This document shows positions 50,002-59,251 of a stretch of 64,000 bases of DNA, one piece after another. The stretch covers positions 41,698 to 105,697 of the forward strand of contig CAZGOG010000002.1 in the NCBI GenBank assembly GCA_964527555.1, in the 5' to 3' direction. Both the position numbers and the translations under genes were made by a program. This DNA is from an uncultured Planctomycetia bacterium. Its GTDB lineage: Bacteria; Omnitrophota; Gorgyraeia; Tantalellales; Tantalellaceae. The notes under the pieces were generated by a model, which was not told the DNA's origin, did no database searches, and saw only the letters and a program-made list of their open reading frames with translations. Position 1 is the first letter of the stretch, and every line of letters starts with the position of its first letter.

Positions 50002-50460
50002 TTAATTTATTTCTTTGGATTGTTTGTAGAGCCTGTTCAAAGCTTCCGATATAGACGTAACGGTACTTATGAAGACCTGGACCTTTCTTTTTGTGAGCAT
50101 CGCAAGATCCTCGATAGCTTTTTCGTTAAGCGGGTTCGACATCGCAACCGTAAGGATGTTTCCCATACAATCGATGGGGACTATACTGTACTGTCTGGCG
50201 ACGTTCTCCGGCACGATATCGGCCATCTCTTTTTTAAGTTCGTAATTTTCCAGAGGAAGATAAGGAAACCCGTACTGAACGGTAAGCGCCTGAACTATAT
50301 CCCGCTCGTTCGCATACCCCAGTTTAACCAGTATCTCGCCCAAAAGCCCCCCCTCGCTTCTCTGGAAGTCAAGCGCTCTCTGAAGCTGGTCCGTGGAAAT
50401 GACCTCGTTACGCACCAGTATCTCTCCTAATTTTTCTCCTACACGTTTTTCAGGCGTCAC
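50002..50460 (-). CDS. Stand-alone MshEN / GspE-N domain protein
   Basis: Two 24-aa repeats KLGEILVRNEVISTDQLQRALDFQ and LLGEILVKLGYANERDIVQALTVQ with a 5-aa linker, then LTVAMSNP; no ATPase domain. Confidence 0.85.
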   Translation of the reverse strand: MTPEKRVGEKLGEILVRNEVISTDQLQRALDFQRSEGGLLGEILVKLGYANERDIVQALTVQYGFPYLPLENYELKKEMADIVPENVARQYSIVPIDCMGNILTVAMSNPLNEKAIEDLAMLTKRKVQVFISTVTSISEALNRLYKQSKEIN

Positions 50461-50502
50461 TTTTCTCTCCTAACCATATGTGTTAACGTTGATAAAAACA
50501 GT

Positions 50503-51564
50503 TTATCCGATCACTTTAATCAGTTCCTCCACGTCGGATGACCTTGCAAGAGCGTTCTCTTTTGTTATCAGGCTTTTGGCATAAAGCTCAGCCAGAGCCT
50601 GGTTCATCGTCTTCATGCCCACCTTCTGGGACGTCTGGATAATGGAATATACCTGGTGCTCTTTACTGTCACGTATCATGCTTCTAACGGCAGTGTTGGT
50701 CACCAGGACCTCAGTTGCCAGGACCATGCCCGGCTTATCTTTGCGGGGCAATAGCTGCTGCGAGAGGATACCGAGCAGCACAAACGCAAGCTGTGCCCTG
50801 ACCTGCCTTTGCTGATGTGATGGAAAGACGTCTACCATACGGTTTATCGACTGGGTGGCATCTGAAGTGTGCAGGGTCCCCAGCACAAGGTGTCCGGTGT
50901 CGGCAATGATAAGCGCCTCCTGTATGGTCTCCAGGTCCCGCATCTCTCCCACCAGTATAACATCCGGGTCCTGCCGGAGCACAAACCTGAGTGCATTCCT
51001 GAAAGAGTAGGTATCTTCGAGTATCTGCCTCTGATCGATAACGGCCTTTTTGTTCTTATGGACAAATTCGATCGGGTCTTCAACCGTCACGATATGACAG
51101 TTACGTTTGGAGTTGATCTCATCCACCATAGCCGCAAGGGTCGTCGTCTTGCCGCTGCCGGTAGCTCCGGTAACAAGGATAAGCCCCTTCTGATAAGTGC
51201 AGAATCTTTTTACCACCGCTTCGGGCAGGCCGCATTCGGCGATACTCATGATCTCGACAGGGATCAGCCTTATGGCGCAACCGACGCTGCCCCTCTGGAT
51301 GAAGGCATTACCCCTGTACCTGCCCACCTTCTCTATGGACAAGGAAAAATCAAGTTCCTTTTCCCTTTCAAACTTTTTTATCTGCTCTGCGTTTATGAGG
51401 CTGTACACAAAGTCTTTAGTCTGGTCCGGGGAACAAATCTTTTCATCCACCTCTACCAGCTCATTGTGGATGCGGTAATGCATGGGACTGTTGGCGCTGA
51501 TATGAAGATCCGATGCCTTCTTCCCGGGCATGGCCTCGAGTATCTTTCTGATATTATCCTTCAT
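50503..51564 (-). CDS. pilT: Type IV pilus retraction ATPase
   Basis: ASDLHI, GATGSGKTTT, LRQDPDVILVGEMRD, TLHT, AVRSMIRD (AIRNLIRE-like). Confidence 0.93.
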   Translation of the reverse strand: MKDNIRKILEAMPGKKASDLHISANSPMHYRIHNELVEVDEKICSPDQTKDFVYSLINAEQIKKFEREKELDFSLSIEKVGRYRGNAFIQRGSVGCAIRLIPVEIMSIAECGLPEAVVKRFCTYQKGLILVTGATGSGKTTTLAAMVDEINSKRNCHIVTVEDPIEFVHKNKKAVIDQRQILEDTYSFRNALRFVLRQDPDVILVGEMRDLETIQEALIIADTGHLVLGTLHTSDATQSINRMVDVFPSHQQRQVRAQLAFVLLGILSQQLLPRKDKPGMVLATEVLVTNTAVRSMIRDSKEHQVYSIIQTSQKVGMKTMNQALAELYAKSLITKENALARSSDVEELIKVIG

Positions 51565-51591
51565 CTTTTCCCCTTCGCTTAAAGATCTTTT

Positions 51592-53007
51592 TTACTCGCC
51601 TACTACTTTGTTCTTCCCCGCGGCTTTGGCTTTTTCCACATACTCACGGGCTCTGGCCATGATCTCTTTCGCGTTTACCCCGTCAATGGGATTTTCACTT
51701 ACGCCTATACTGACTGTGATCCTGTCGCCTGCCTCGCCGGAAAGCTGCATCTCTTCCACTCTCCTGCGTATCTCCTCCGCCATTTCAAGGCTTTCCCTTT
51801 TATTCTTCTCCGGTGAAAGTATCCCGAATTCAGCCTCTTCAGCTCTTGCGACCTTGCCGACTGGAGGAACGGCTCCGCTTAAGAGCGAACCCAATTTTTT
51901 AAGGACCTCTTCGCTCTTCGCCTTACCGTGACTTTTGGAGTACTGGTCAAAATCATCCACCTCTACCACCATCAGCGAACAGGGCCGCTGATAATAAACG
52001 GCCCTGTTGATCTCGTCTTCCAGGCGGTCTTCAAGATAACTGAGTGAATAAAGCCCGGTAACGGGGTCAACAACGTCTATGCTTTCCACTCTCCTGAAGG
52101 CCTGGGCGCTCTGATAGCCGAGGACTACTTCCTTCTCGAAGGCCCTTAAGGAGTCTATCTCCTCTTCATCGAACTCAAAATCTTTAGTGAAACTGCCGAG
52201 GAGGATGACCCCCACTATATCGGAAGCTACCTTCATGGGGAAAAGAAGGACATTCATATCATCCCCGAGGCTTTCTTTCATTTCTTTCTGCCAGAATTTA
52301 GCGGGCGGGCGCGAATCGATGAAAAGGTTATCGTGCTTAAGAAAATGTTTTTCCAGAGAAGGCATCTCTACCACCAGACTCGGAATATCAATATCCCTGC
52401 CGGAATCGTTATAGAAAGACTCCTGCGAGTATTTCCCGCCGGGCCCTTTTGTCAGGATAATGCAGAATCCCCCGTAAAGCTCGTTTGCCAATTTTTCCGA
52501 AGCGAAATCAGCGATTTCCTCAAAAGTCGCGCCGGAGGAGATCATATCGCCCAGTTTCATGAGGTTTGTAAGCGTGAGGACTTTTCTGTGGATACTGACG
52601 TTTAAAGCCGCGGTTTTTTTGCTGTATTCCTGCAGCTGCCCGATATAACCGCGGATCCTGCCCGTCATGGTGTTGACGGCGCTGGCTATATCTCCCAGCT
52701 CGCCCTCCTCCTGTGTCGGCACTCTGGCATCGTACTGGCCGCTGGCTATGACCTTCGTCTCAAAAGCAAGTTCTATGACGGGGCCTATCAGCTGCTTCGC
52801 GAGCAAAAATCCCGTCCAGGCAACCCACAGGGTAAATAGAATAATGGCGGTTACCTGAACCATGCTATCCGGAGAAACCGGAAAGATATATTGCGTGACA
52901 ACATACGCCATTATGAGAAGAGGGACGATCGACATGAGGGAAAAAGCTATTAAAAGTTTATATTGCAGTCCTTTTCTGCCGACAGACAGGCCCTTAAACG
53001 CTTTCAT
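51592..53007 (-). CDS. Membrane HAMP-GAF-like protein with degenerate GGDEF domain
   Basis: Two TMs, HAMP (ELGDIASAVNTM), DPVTGLY, ARAEEAEF in place of ARYGGDEF, ITVSIGV, AKAAGKN. Confidence 0.85.
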   Translation of the reverse strand: MKAFKGLSVGRKGLQYKLLIAFSLMSIVPLLIMAYVVTQYIFPVSPDSMVQVTAIILFTLWVAWTGFLLAKQLIGPVIELAFETKVIASGQYDARVPTQEEGELGDIASAVNTMTGRIRGYIGQLQEYSKKTAALNVSIHRKVLTLTNLMKLGDMISSGATFEEIADFASEKLANELYGGFCIILTKGPGGKYSQESFYNDSGRDIDIPSLVVEMPSLEKHFLKHDNLFIDSRPPAKFWQKEMKESLGDDMNVLLFPMKVASDIVGVILLGSFTKDFEFDEEEIDSLRAFEKEVVLGYQSAQAFRRVESIDVVDPVTGLYSLSYLEDRLEDEINRAVYYQRPCSLMVVEVDDFDQYSKSHGKAKSEEVLKKLGSLLSGAVPPVGKVARAEEAEFGILSPEKNKRESLEMAEEIRRRVEEMQLSGEAGDRITVSIGVSENPIDGVNAKEIMARAREYVEKAKAAGKNKVVGE

Positions 53008-53065
53008 GAGACACCTCCACGTATAAAATCTTATTTATAAGCGAATAACCTTCTTAGTGTAATTA

Positions 53066-53094
53066 ATATTACACTATGGATTTTTGAAAGTCAA
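53066..53094 (-). promoter_or_regulatory. Putative sigma70 promoter of the GGDEF-pilT-pilB operon
   Basis: TTGACT-N17-TAATAT. Confidence 0.55.
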
Positions 53095-53183
53095 AAAACG
53101 CTCTTTAAATTATACGAAATCCAGAAGATCAGAAAAATAAAGGGAAAACGTGAAGGACGCGAAAGACAACTAGCGGAATTTAC

Positions 53184-53301
53184 CCATGCACCAGAAGGCC
53201 GCGCCCGTAAGGGTGCGGATGAATGACCTTCGGTGCAGGATTCCGCTTGACGGAAAGACTGAAACTGTGGATGCCATGGGCGTTAGCCCATGGAGCTTCA
53301 C
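53184..53301 (+). mobile_element. Miniature IS200/IS605-like element, copy D (118 nt), intergenic
   Basis: Follows TTTAC (53179-53183), ends TTCAC; left hairpin shows a compensatory A-T to G-C change. Confidence 0.85.
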
Positions 53302-53310
53302 CTGACGCAC

Positions 53311-55056
53311 TTATTCTTTAAGACCGCTTTTTATAAATTCTTCTTTAAGGCTGGATTTATCAAGTGCGATTTTTATATGGTCCCACGGCAGGACTTCATC
53401 CAATGAAAACGCGCGTGACGCATAATCGTAGATGTCTAGACCGTTTTCTTTAAAAGCTTCCTGCCATATGGAAAAGTTGAAAAAATCCCTCCATCCGTCC
53501 ATCTTGGCGCCTTTCTGCCATGCCGTTAAGATGACGTTTGCCAGGCGCCTGTCCCCTCTTGAGAGAGACGCTTCCACCAGGGATTGCTCCAGATCGTGGA
53601 ACTCGACCCGCACTTTCCTGGAAGACCCTTTAATGAGTTCGCTCCTTATTCCGGCAAGAGTCTCTATACTTTTCATGCCCGTCCACTGGAGCGGCGTGTG
53701 CGGTTTCGGAATAAAGGAATTTACGCTTACTTTTATCTCGGCGCCGCCTTTTGAGGTTTTTTTTCTTATATCGGAAAGCCTGCGGGCCAGTTTTATTATA
53801 TTCTGGGCCTCGTCACCGGATTCCCTGGGAAAACCTACCATGAAATATAATTTTAGCCGCCGCCACCCGTGCTGAAACGCCACAGAAGCGGATCGGCAAA
53901 GCACTTCAAGGTCTATGTTCTTTGCAAGCGCTTCTCTCATCACCTCGCTTGCGGCCTCCGGAGCAAAAGTAAGAGACGTCTTGCGTATAGCGGAGATCAT
54001 CTCGGGAAGATCATAAAAAGCTTCATCCACCCTCAGTGACGGCACGGATATGGCGACGCCTTTATCTTTAAAATCCTCGGTAAGAGACTTGACCACTTCC
54101 GGTAACTTCGGGTAATTCACGCTTGATAGAGACAAAAGTGCCAGGCGTTCATACCCGGTATATTTGTAAGTTTCGCGCGATATCCTTCTTATCTCGTGGG
54201 GCGTCCTGAGGCGCAAGGGCCCGTTAACGGCGCTCGCCTGGCAGAAACGGCAACGGTTGGGACACCCCCGCATGATCTCTATCGCCATCCTGTCATGCAC
54301 GATTCTAATGAAGGGCACTATCTGTTTGGCGGGATAATACGCCTGTCCAAGGTTTTTAACTACTGCCTTCTCGACTTTTTCCGGGACATCCTCTTCCAGC
54401 GGAGCTGTCCCCAAAAATCTCCCTTCGGAATAACGGGCTTTGTAAAGGGACGGGACGTACACCCCATCGAGCTTGGAAAGAGCTTTAAGCAGTTCTCTTC
54501 TTTTTTTGGTCTTGCTCCCGGCTTTTCTATACTCGTCGACGAAACGGGGAAGCGCTTCTTCCCCGTCACCGATTATGAAAGCGTCGATGAACTTACTCAT
54601 AGGCTCGGGATTGTACGCGGCTGTCCCTCCCGCTATAACCAAAGGTTCTTCATCCTTTCTCTTCTCCGACTCTACAGTCACTCCGCCCAGTTTAAGCATG
54701 CTCAAGACATTCGTATATGTAAGCTCATACGAAAGAGAAAAACCGATAATATCAAACCCGTTTATCGCCCTTCTTGTCTCCAGACTGAAGAGTTTGATGC
54801 CGCTTGAAGTAAGCTCTTGTTCCATATCATCCCACGGCATAAAAACCCTTTCGCACGCGATATCGTCGCTCTCGTTCAAAAGATGATACAGGATGCGCAG
54901 TCCCAGATAGCTCATGCCGACTTCATATGTATCCGGGTATGCCAGGACTACCGAAGTCCTGTCTTTACGGGGACTCTTACGTATGCTGTTAGTCTCCCCG
55001 CCTATATACCGGCCCGGTTTCTGGACTTTTTTGATTATGTCGCTGAATTTATCCAT
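53311..55056 (-). CDS. TIGR03960-like B12-binding radical SAM protein
   Basis: KPGRYIGGE, YPDTYEVGMS, RGCPNRCRFC (CxxxCxxC), FIPKPHTP, LPWDHI. Confidence 0.93.
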   Translation of the reverse strand: MDKFSDIIKKVQKPGRYIGGETNSIRKSPRKDRTSVVLAYPDTYEVGMSYLGLRILYHLLNESDDIACERVFMPWDDMEQELTSSGIKLFSLETRRAINGFDIIGFSLSYELTYTNVLSMLKLGGVTVESEKRKDEEPLVIAGGTAAYNPEPMSKFIDAFIIGDGEEALPRFVDEYRKAGSKTKKRRELLKALSKLDGVYVPSLYKARYSEGRFLGTAPLEEDVPEKVEKAVVKNLGQAYYPAKQIVPFIRIVHDRMAIEIMRGCPNRCRFCQASAVNGPLRLRTPHEIRRISRETYKYTGYERLALLSLSSVNYPKLPEVVKSLTEDFKDKGVAISVPSLRVDEAFYDLPEMISAIRKTSLTFAPEAASEVMREALAKNIDLEVLCRSASVAFQHGWRRLKLYFMVGFPRESGDEAQNIIKLARRLSDIRKKTSKGGAEIKVSVNSFIPKPHTPLQWTGMKSIETLAGIRSELIKGSSRKVRVEFHDLEQSLVEASLSRGDRRLANVILTAWQKGAKMDGWRDFFNFSIWQEAFKENGLDIYDYASRAFSLDEVLPWDHIKIALDKSSLKEEFIKSGLKE

Positions 55057-55067
55057 GTTTTTTTGCT

Positions 55068-56192
55068 TTATCTATTTACCCTGCGGCTGATACTGAGAAG
55101 AAAACCCACGCTGATCAGAGAGGCTATGGTATTGGACCCGCCGTAACTTATAGCCGGCAGGGGCAGACCCACAACCGGCATAAGCCCGATCGTCATCGAG
55201 ATGTTGACAAAAACCTGGAAGGCGATGAGCGTCACTACGCCGCTGGCTATGGCCTTGCCGTAAATATCCTCGGCGCTAGATATTATCCTTATGCCGCGCG
55301 CTATGACGAGCGCGTATAACCCTATCAGGATCAATGCGCCGATAAAACCCCATTCTTCCCCGATAACCGAAAATATGAAATCCGTATGCCTCTCGGGAAG
55401 GAATTCCAGGTAGCTTTGAGTGCCGCTCAGCCAGCCTTTGCCGAAAATACCGCCGGAACCTATCGCTATCTTCGACTGGATTATCGTATAGCCGGCTCCC
55501 AGCGGGTCTAAATCGGGATTGAGAAAAACCATGAGGCGCGTCTTCTGGTAATCTTTCAAAAAGCTCCATAATATCGGAAGGCTAAGGAACCCCAGAGCTA
55601 TAGTCGAGAGGATATACCTGGCGCTTTCCCCGCATATAAAAAGCATGACCAAAAGTATCGGCAAGATCACCAGAGCCGTCCCCAGATCCGGCTGAAGGAA
55701 TATGAGTAGTACCGCCGGCATGACAAGGATAACCGCACCGATATAATTTTTAAGCGTCCCTATCCTCTCTCTTCTTTCCCCGAGAAAAGCCGCCAGCGCC
55801 AGGATCACCGTGATCTTCACGAACTCCGAAGGCTGCACGGAAAAAGGCCCCAGGTCTATCCAGCGGCGCGCACCGTACCTCTCACCTCCGAAAAGAAGCA
55901 GAAAAACAAGCGCTGCCAGGTTAAGGGCATACGCCAGATAAGCAAAATCCAGCATCTTCAGGTAATCCGCTCTGGATGTCATAAAAAGAAAGACAAGTCC
56001 CACCAAAACCCACATGCTCTGTTTTACCACCAGCGCGCTTGGAATGTTTTCTCCGTCCGCCCTATCCCACGTGGCCGAGTATACAAACACTATCCCGAGT
56101 AAAGCGATTAAAACAGCTCCGAGAAGCAGAACCCTGTCCATCCGCCCTCTTGCGGTTATTATCCTGTTAGTTCTAAACAAGTTATTAACCAT
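55068..56192 (-). CDS. rodA: Rod shape-determining SEDS protein
   Basis: GARRW, QPSEF, QPDLGT, LPERHTDFIF, ISYGGS; follows mrdA. Confidence 0.96.
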   Translation of the reverse strand: MVNNLFRTNRIITARGRMDRVLLLGAVLIALLGIVFVYSATWDRADGENIPSALVVKQSMWVLVGLVFLFMTSRADYLKMLDFAYLAYALNLAALVFLLLFGGERYGARRWIDLGPFSVQPSEFVKITVILALAAFLGERRERIGTLKNYIGAVILVMPAVLLIFLQPDLGTALVILPILLVMLFICGESARYILSTIALGFLSLPILWSFLKDYQKTRLMVFLNPDLDPLGAGYTIIQSKIAIGSGGIFGKGWLSGTQSYLEFLPERHTDFIFSVIGEEWGFIGALILIGLYALVIARGIRIISSAEDIYGKAIASGVVTLIAFQVFVNISMTIGLMPVVGLPLPAISYGGSNTIASLISVGFLLSISRRVNR

Positions 56193-57909
56193 CTAAAAGC
56201 CCCATCTCTTTTGCTTTTTTGAAAACCTTGCTTGCTGTCTCGGCCGCGTAGTATCCGCCTTTACCGCCGTACTCGTCAAAAACTAAAACCGTTATTTTCG
56301 CGTCTTCATACGGGGCAAACCCCGCAAACCACCCGTGAGTCTTGTTCTTTGAGGTCTGGGCGGTCCCCGTCTTGCCGGCAACCGTGACATTACCCAGCTT
56401 CGCTTTCATCCCCGTTCCCCTGGGATCGTTTACGACCTTATTAAGACCCTCCCTTACGGCTTCGAGAGAATCATCAGATATCGCAAGATCCGTTTTCTCA
56501 ACCGTCTCCACGGGTATGTCCCCCACCCTGCTTACAAGATATGGTTTAACCAGGTACCCGCCGTTAGCAAAAACGGACATCATCCTGGCTATCTGGATGG
56601 GAGAGCATAAAAGGTACCCCTGCCCGATGGAATAATTTATCGTGTCACCCTGGTACCAGCTTTCATTAAAACGTTTTTTCTTCCAGGAGGGCGTCGGCAG
56701 CACCCCCGCATTTTCACCCGGAAGGTCTATCCCCGTAAGCGAACCAAGACCGAATTTCCCGGCGGATCTGGAGAGGCGTTCCACCCCGAGGAGCCGTCCC
56801 AAGTTAAAGAAATATACGTTGCATGAGTTCTTTATCCCGTCCTCAAGCGCCTGGAGGCCATGGCCGTCTTTCCTCCAGCAGTTGAATACTATGCGTCCCA
56901 AGGCAAAATAACCCGGACAGTTGAAAGAGGTCGCCTCAGTTATCACTCCCGTCTCAAGCGCGGCTGTTGCGGTTACAACTTTAAAAACCGAACCGGGAGG
57001 ATAAACTCCGGATATGGCCCTGTTAAGCAAAGGATAATTTTTGTCTTTTAAGAGGCTTGCCACTTCGCTCGCATTTGAGGAATCTATAAAGACAGACGGG
57101 TCGTAGGAAGGCGCGTTAGCCATGACAAGCACCGCTCCGGTATTCGGGTCCATGACTATGATAGATCCGCGTTTTTCCTTAAGAAGCCCGTCGCAAAATT
57201 CCTGAAGCTCGATGTCTATGGTGAGATATACGTCCCTGCCGCTACCGGGCTCCTTGAAACCCAAAGTCGAGACTTCACGCCCGAAGTGGTCGACCTCGAC
57301 CTGTTTACCTCCATGCGTGCCTCTAAGATAATCATCATAGTACTTCTCGATCCCGTCTCTTCCTACCATATCGTTTATTCTGTAACCGTAATGCTTAAGT
57401 TTGTCGAATTCCGAACGGTTTATAAAGCCCAGATATCCCAGGACATTCGACGCCGTCATCCCGCGCGTATACTCGCGTTTAGCGGATACCTCCAAAAGAA
57501 GCCCCGGATAATCCATCGCTATCTCTTCCAGGGGTATGGCCTTCTCTATGCCTATATCCCGGGCGACGCACGTAAGCGAATACGGCTGCTTCCTGCTTTT
57601 CATTACGTTCTCGCGAACAGTCTCTTTAGGAAGAGCCAGAACAGAACTTAGAACATTTATCAAAGAATCGACGTCTTTGATCTTGTTGTACAAAACGCAG
57701 GCATTAAACGAAAGGATGTCTTTGACTAAAACCTCTCCGCGTCTGTCAAAAATACAGCCGCGGGGCGCCATTAGGGGGACTATCTTAAGGCGGTTCTCTT
57801 CCGAGAGAAGCCTGTACCTCTCATGCATGGTGATCTGGATATACCCCAGACCCGTCAGGAGCATGAGAAGCGCAATGATGAGCACAAGCGCGAAAATTTT
57901 TGTTCTCAT
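56185..57909 (-). CDS. mrdA: Penicillin-binding protein 2
   Basis: APRG.IFDR, YPPGSVFK (SxxK), SCN, KTGTAQ. Confidence 0.96.
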   Translation of the reverse strand: MRTKIFALVLIIALLMLLTGLGYIQITMHERYRLLSEENRLKIVPLMAPRGCIFDRRGEVLVKDILSFNACVLYNKIKDVDSLINVLSSVLALPKETVRENVMKSRKQPYSLTCVARDIGIEKAIPLEEIAMDYPGLLLEVSAKREYTRGMTASNVLGYLGFINRSEFDKLKHYGYRINDMVGRDGIEKYYDDYLRGTHGGKQVEVDHFGREVSTLGFKEPGSGRDVYLTIDIELQEFCDGLLKEKRGSIIVMDPNTGAVLVMANAPSYDPSVFIDSSNASEVASLLKDKNYPLLNRAISGVYPPGSVFKVVTATAALETGVITEATSFNCPGYFALGRIVFNCWRKDGHGLQALEDGIKNSCNVYFFNLGRLLGVERLSRSAGKFGLGSLTGIDLPGENAGVLPTPSWKKKRFNESWYQGDTINYSIGQGYLLCSPIQIARMMSVFANGGYLVKPYLVSRVGDIPVETVEKTDLAISDDSLEAVREGLNKVVNDPRGTGMKAKLGNVTVAGKTGTAQTSKNKTHGWFAGFAPYEDAKITVLVFDEYGGKGGYYAAETASKVFKKAKEMGLLDG

Positions 57910-57918
57910 GAGATTTTT

Positions 57919-58395
57919 CTATTCTTCTAAACGCAATAATCCCTTGACGGCAGCGTATGCAAACGGACAGATAAAAATAGTCGCGGCCATATGTCTCCAG
58001 TTAGCCGACACGGCAGAGGAAAAAGCTATATTGCTGTCGCCCGTAACGTTCAGATAAAACGTATGAGACCCCAACACTACAGCGAACGCGATCGTCGTAA
58101 TAAAAATCTGCGCGGCGGGATTCTGGCGGTAGAACATCTTGGCCAGCATCGAAGAGAGGGCTGAGACCGCCGGGAAAAGCAGAATATCTACGCCAAGCGT
58201 GCCGAGTGAAAAACATCCTCTTAAGAAACCCGCCACAAACGAGAAAACGATGCTTTCGCCTACCCTGCGGAAGATGCTCACGAAAACAACCATAAGCAGT
58301 ACGAGGTCGGGAAACCAGCTGAGCCGCATCATCAGGACAACCTGGGCTGCGACACCTAAGACTAAAAGGATATATAGAAAAAGACGTGTTTTCAT
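57919..58395 (-). CDS. mreD: Rod shape-determining protein MreD
   Basis: Hydrophobic, PDLVLL; lies between mreC and mrdA. Confidence 0.82.
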   Translation of the reverse strand: MKTRLFLYILLVLGVAAQVVLMMRLSWFPDLVLLMVVFVSIFRRVGESIVFSFVAGFLRGCFSLGTLGVDILLFPAVSALSSMLAKMFYRQNPAAQIFITTIAFAVVLGSHTFYLNVTGDSNIAFSSAVSANWRHMAATIFICPFAYAAVKGLLRLEE

Positions 58396-58458
58396 GCTGC
58401 AAAAAACCGTTTACATTTCAATCCAGTCCGTATCATTACCGGAGGCGCGGAATCCGAT

Positions 58459-59235
58459 CTATTTAATGCACAAAACTTCTTCCTGATCAAGAGAATTTGC
58501 GGAGGGTTTAATCAGCGCGCTTTTATAAAGTCCCGTTTTGCTTTTTTCGACGGCAACGATCCTTCCCACAGTTATCCCCTTCGGGAATACCCGGCTGTAG
58601 CTGGAGGTGACGACAACCGCGCCTTCTTTCACCTCGGCATCTATCGGTATATAAAGCATCCTGGCCATACCCCTGGAAGATCCCACCACGACACCGTTCG
58701 TCCGCATATCCTCAAGGGCTGCCCCGGTTTTGAAGCTGGGGTGAGTGAGAAGCATCACGCTGCTGGTCCTGTCGCCAGTGTCAACTACTTTACCAAGAAG
58801 ACCTTCCGCGGAACATACCGCGGAACCCTTCTCCACGCCGTCCAGGCTGCCCTTGTCTATCACAAACGACCCTACCCAGTCATTGGGGTCCCTGGCGATA
58901 ATCTCGGCGGAGATCGTTTCAAAACCTATTCTTTTTTTGAATTTCAGAAGTTCGCGGAGCCGTTCGTTCTCCTTCTTTATGTACATAAGCTGATCGCGTT
59001 CCAGAGAAAGCTCCGCTACCTTCTCGATCAAGGCTTTGTTCTGGCTGGCGAGCTCACTCTTGGAACGGATAGGCTGAGAAAGCTGCCGGAACCATTCCAC
59101 AGGAAAAGAAAGCACTTTAATAGAAATGTTTTTAGCGCTTTGGGAGACGGACGGGATGAAAATAAAAAGGGACACTAATGCAAGGAAGCATATGAGAAGT
59201 ATCCAGTATCTTTTTTTGGTGAAGAGTTTAAGCAC
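58459..59235 (-). CDS. mreC: Rod shape-determining protein MreC
   Basis: ENERLRELL, IDKGSLDGV, VVTS...FPKGI. Confidence 0.94.
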   Translation of the reverse strand: MLKLFTKKRYWILLICFLALVSLFIFIPSVSQSAKNISIKVLSFPVEWFRQLSQPIRSKSELASQNKALIEKVAELSLERDQLMYIKKENERLRELLKFKKRIGFETISAEIIARDPNDWVGSFVIDKGSLDGVEKGSAVCSAEGLLGKVVDTGDRTSSVMLLTHPSFKTGAALEDMRTNGVVVGSSRGMARMLYIPIDAEVKEGAVVVTSSYSRVFPKGITVGRIVAVEKSKTGLYKSALIKPSANSLDQEEVLCIK

Positions 59236-59251
59236 ATCAAACAGCTAACGC

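Noticed and set aside
37403-51564. Type II secretion system
   Set aside because: PilT and PilMNOPQ indicate a retractile type IVa pilus.
19111-53301. The four repeats as a CRISPR array, classical TIR MITE or tRNA
   Set aside because: They are dispersed with no spacers or cas genes, have no terminal inverted repeats or target duplication, and show no cloverleaf.
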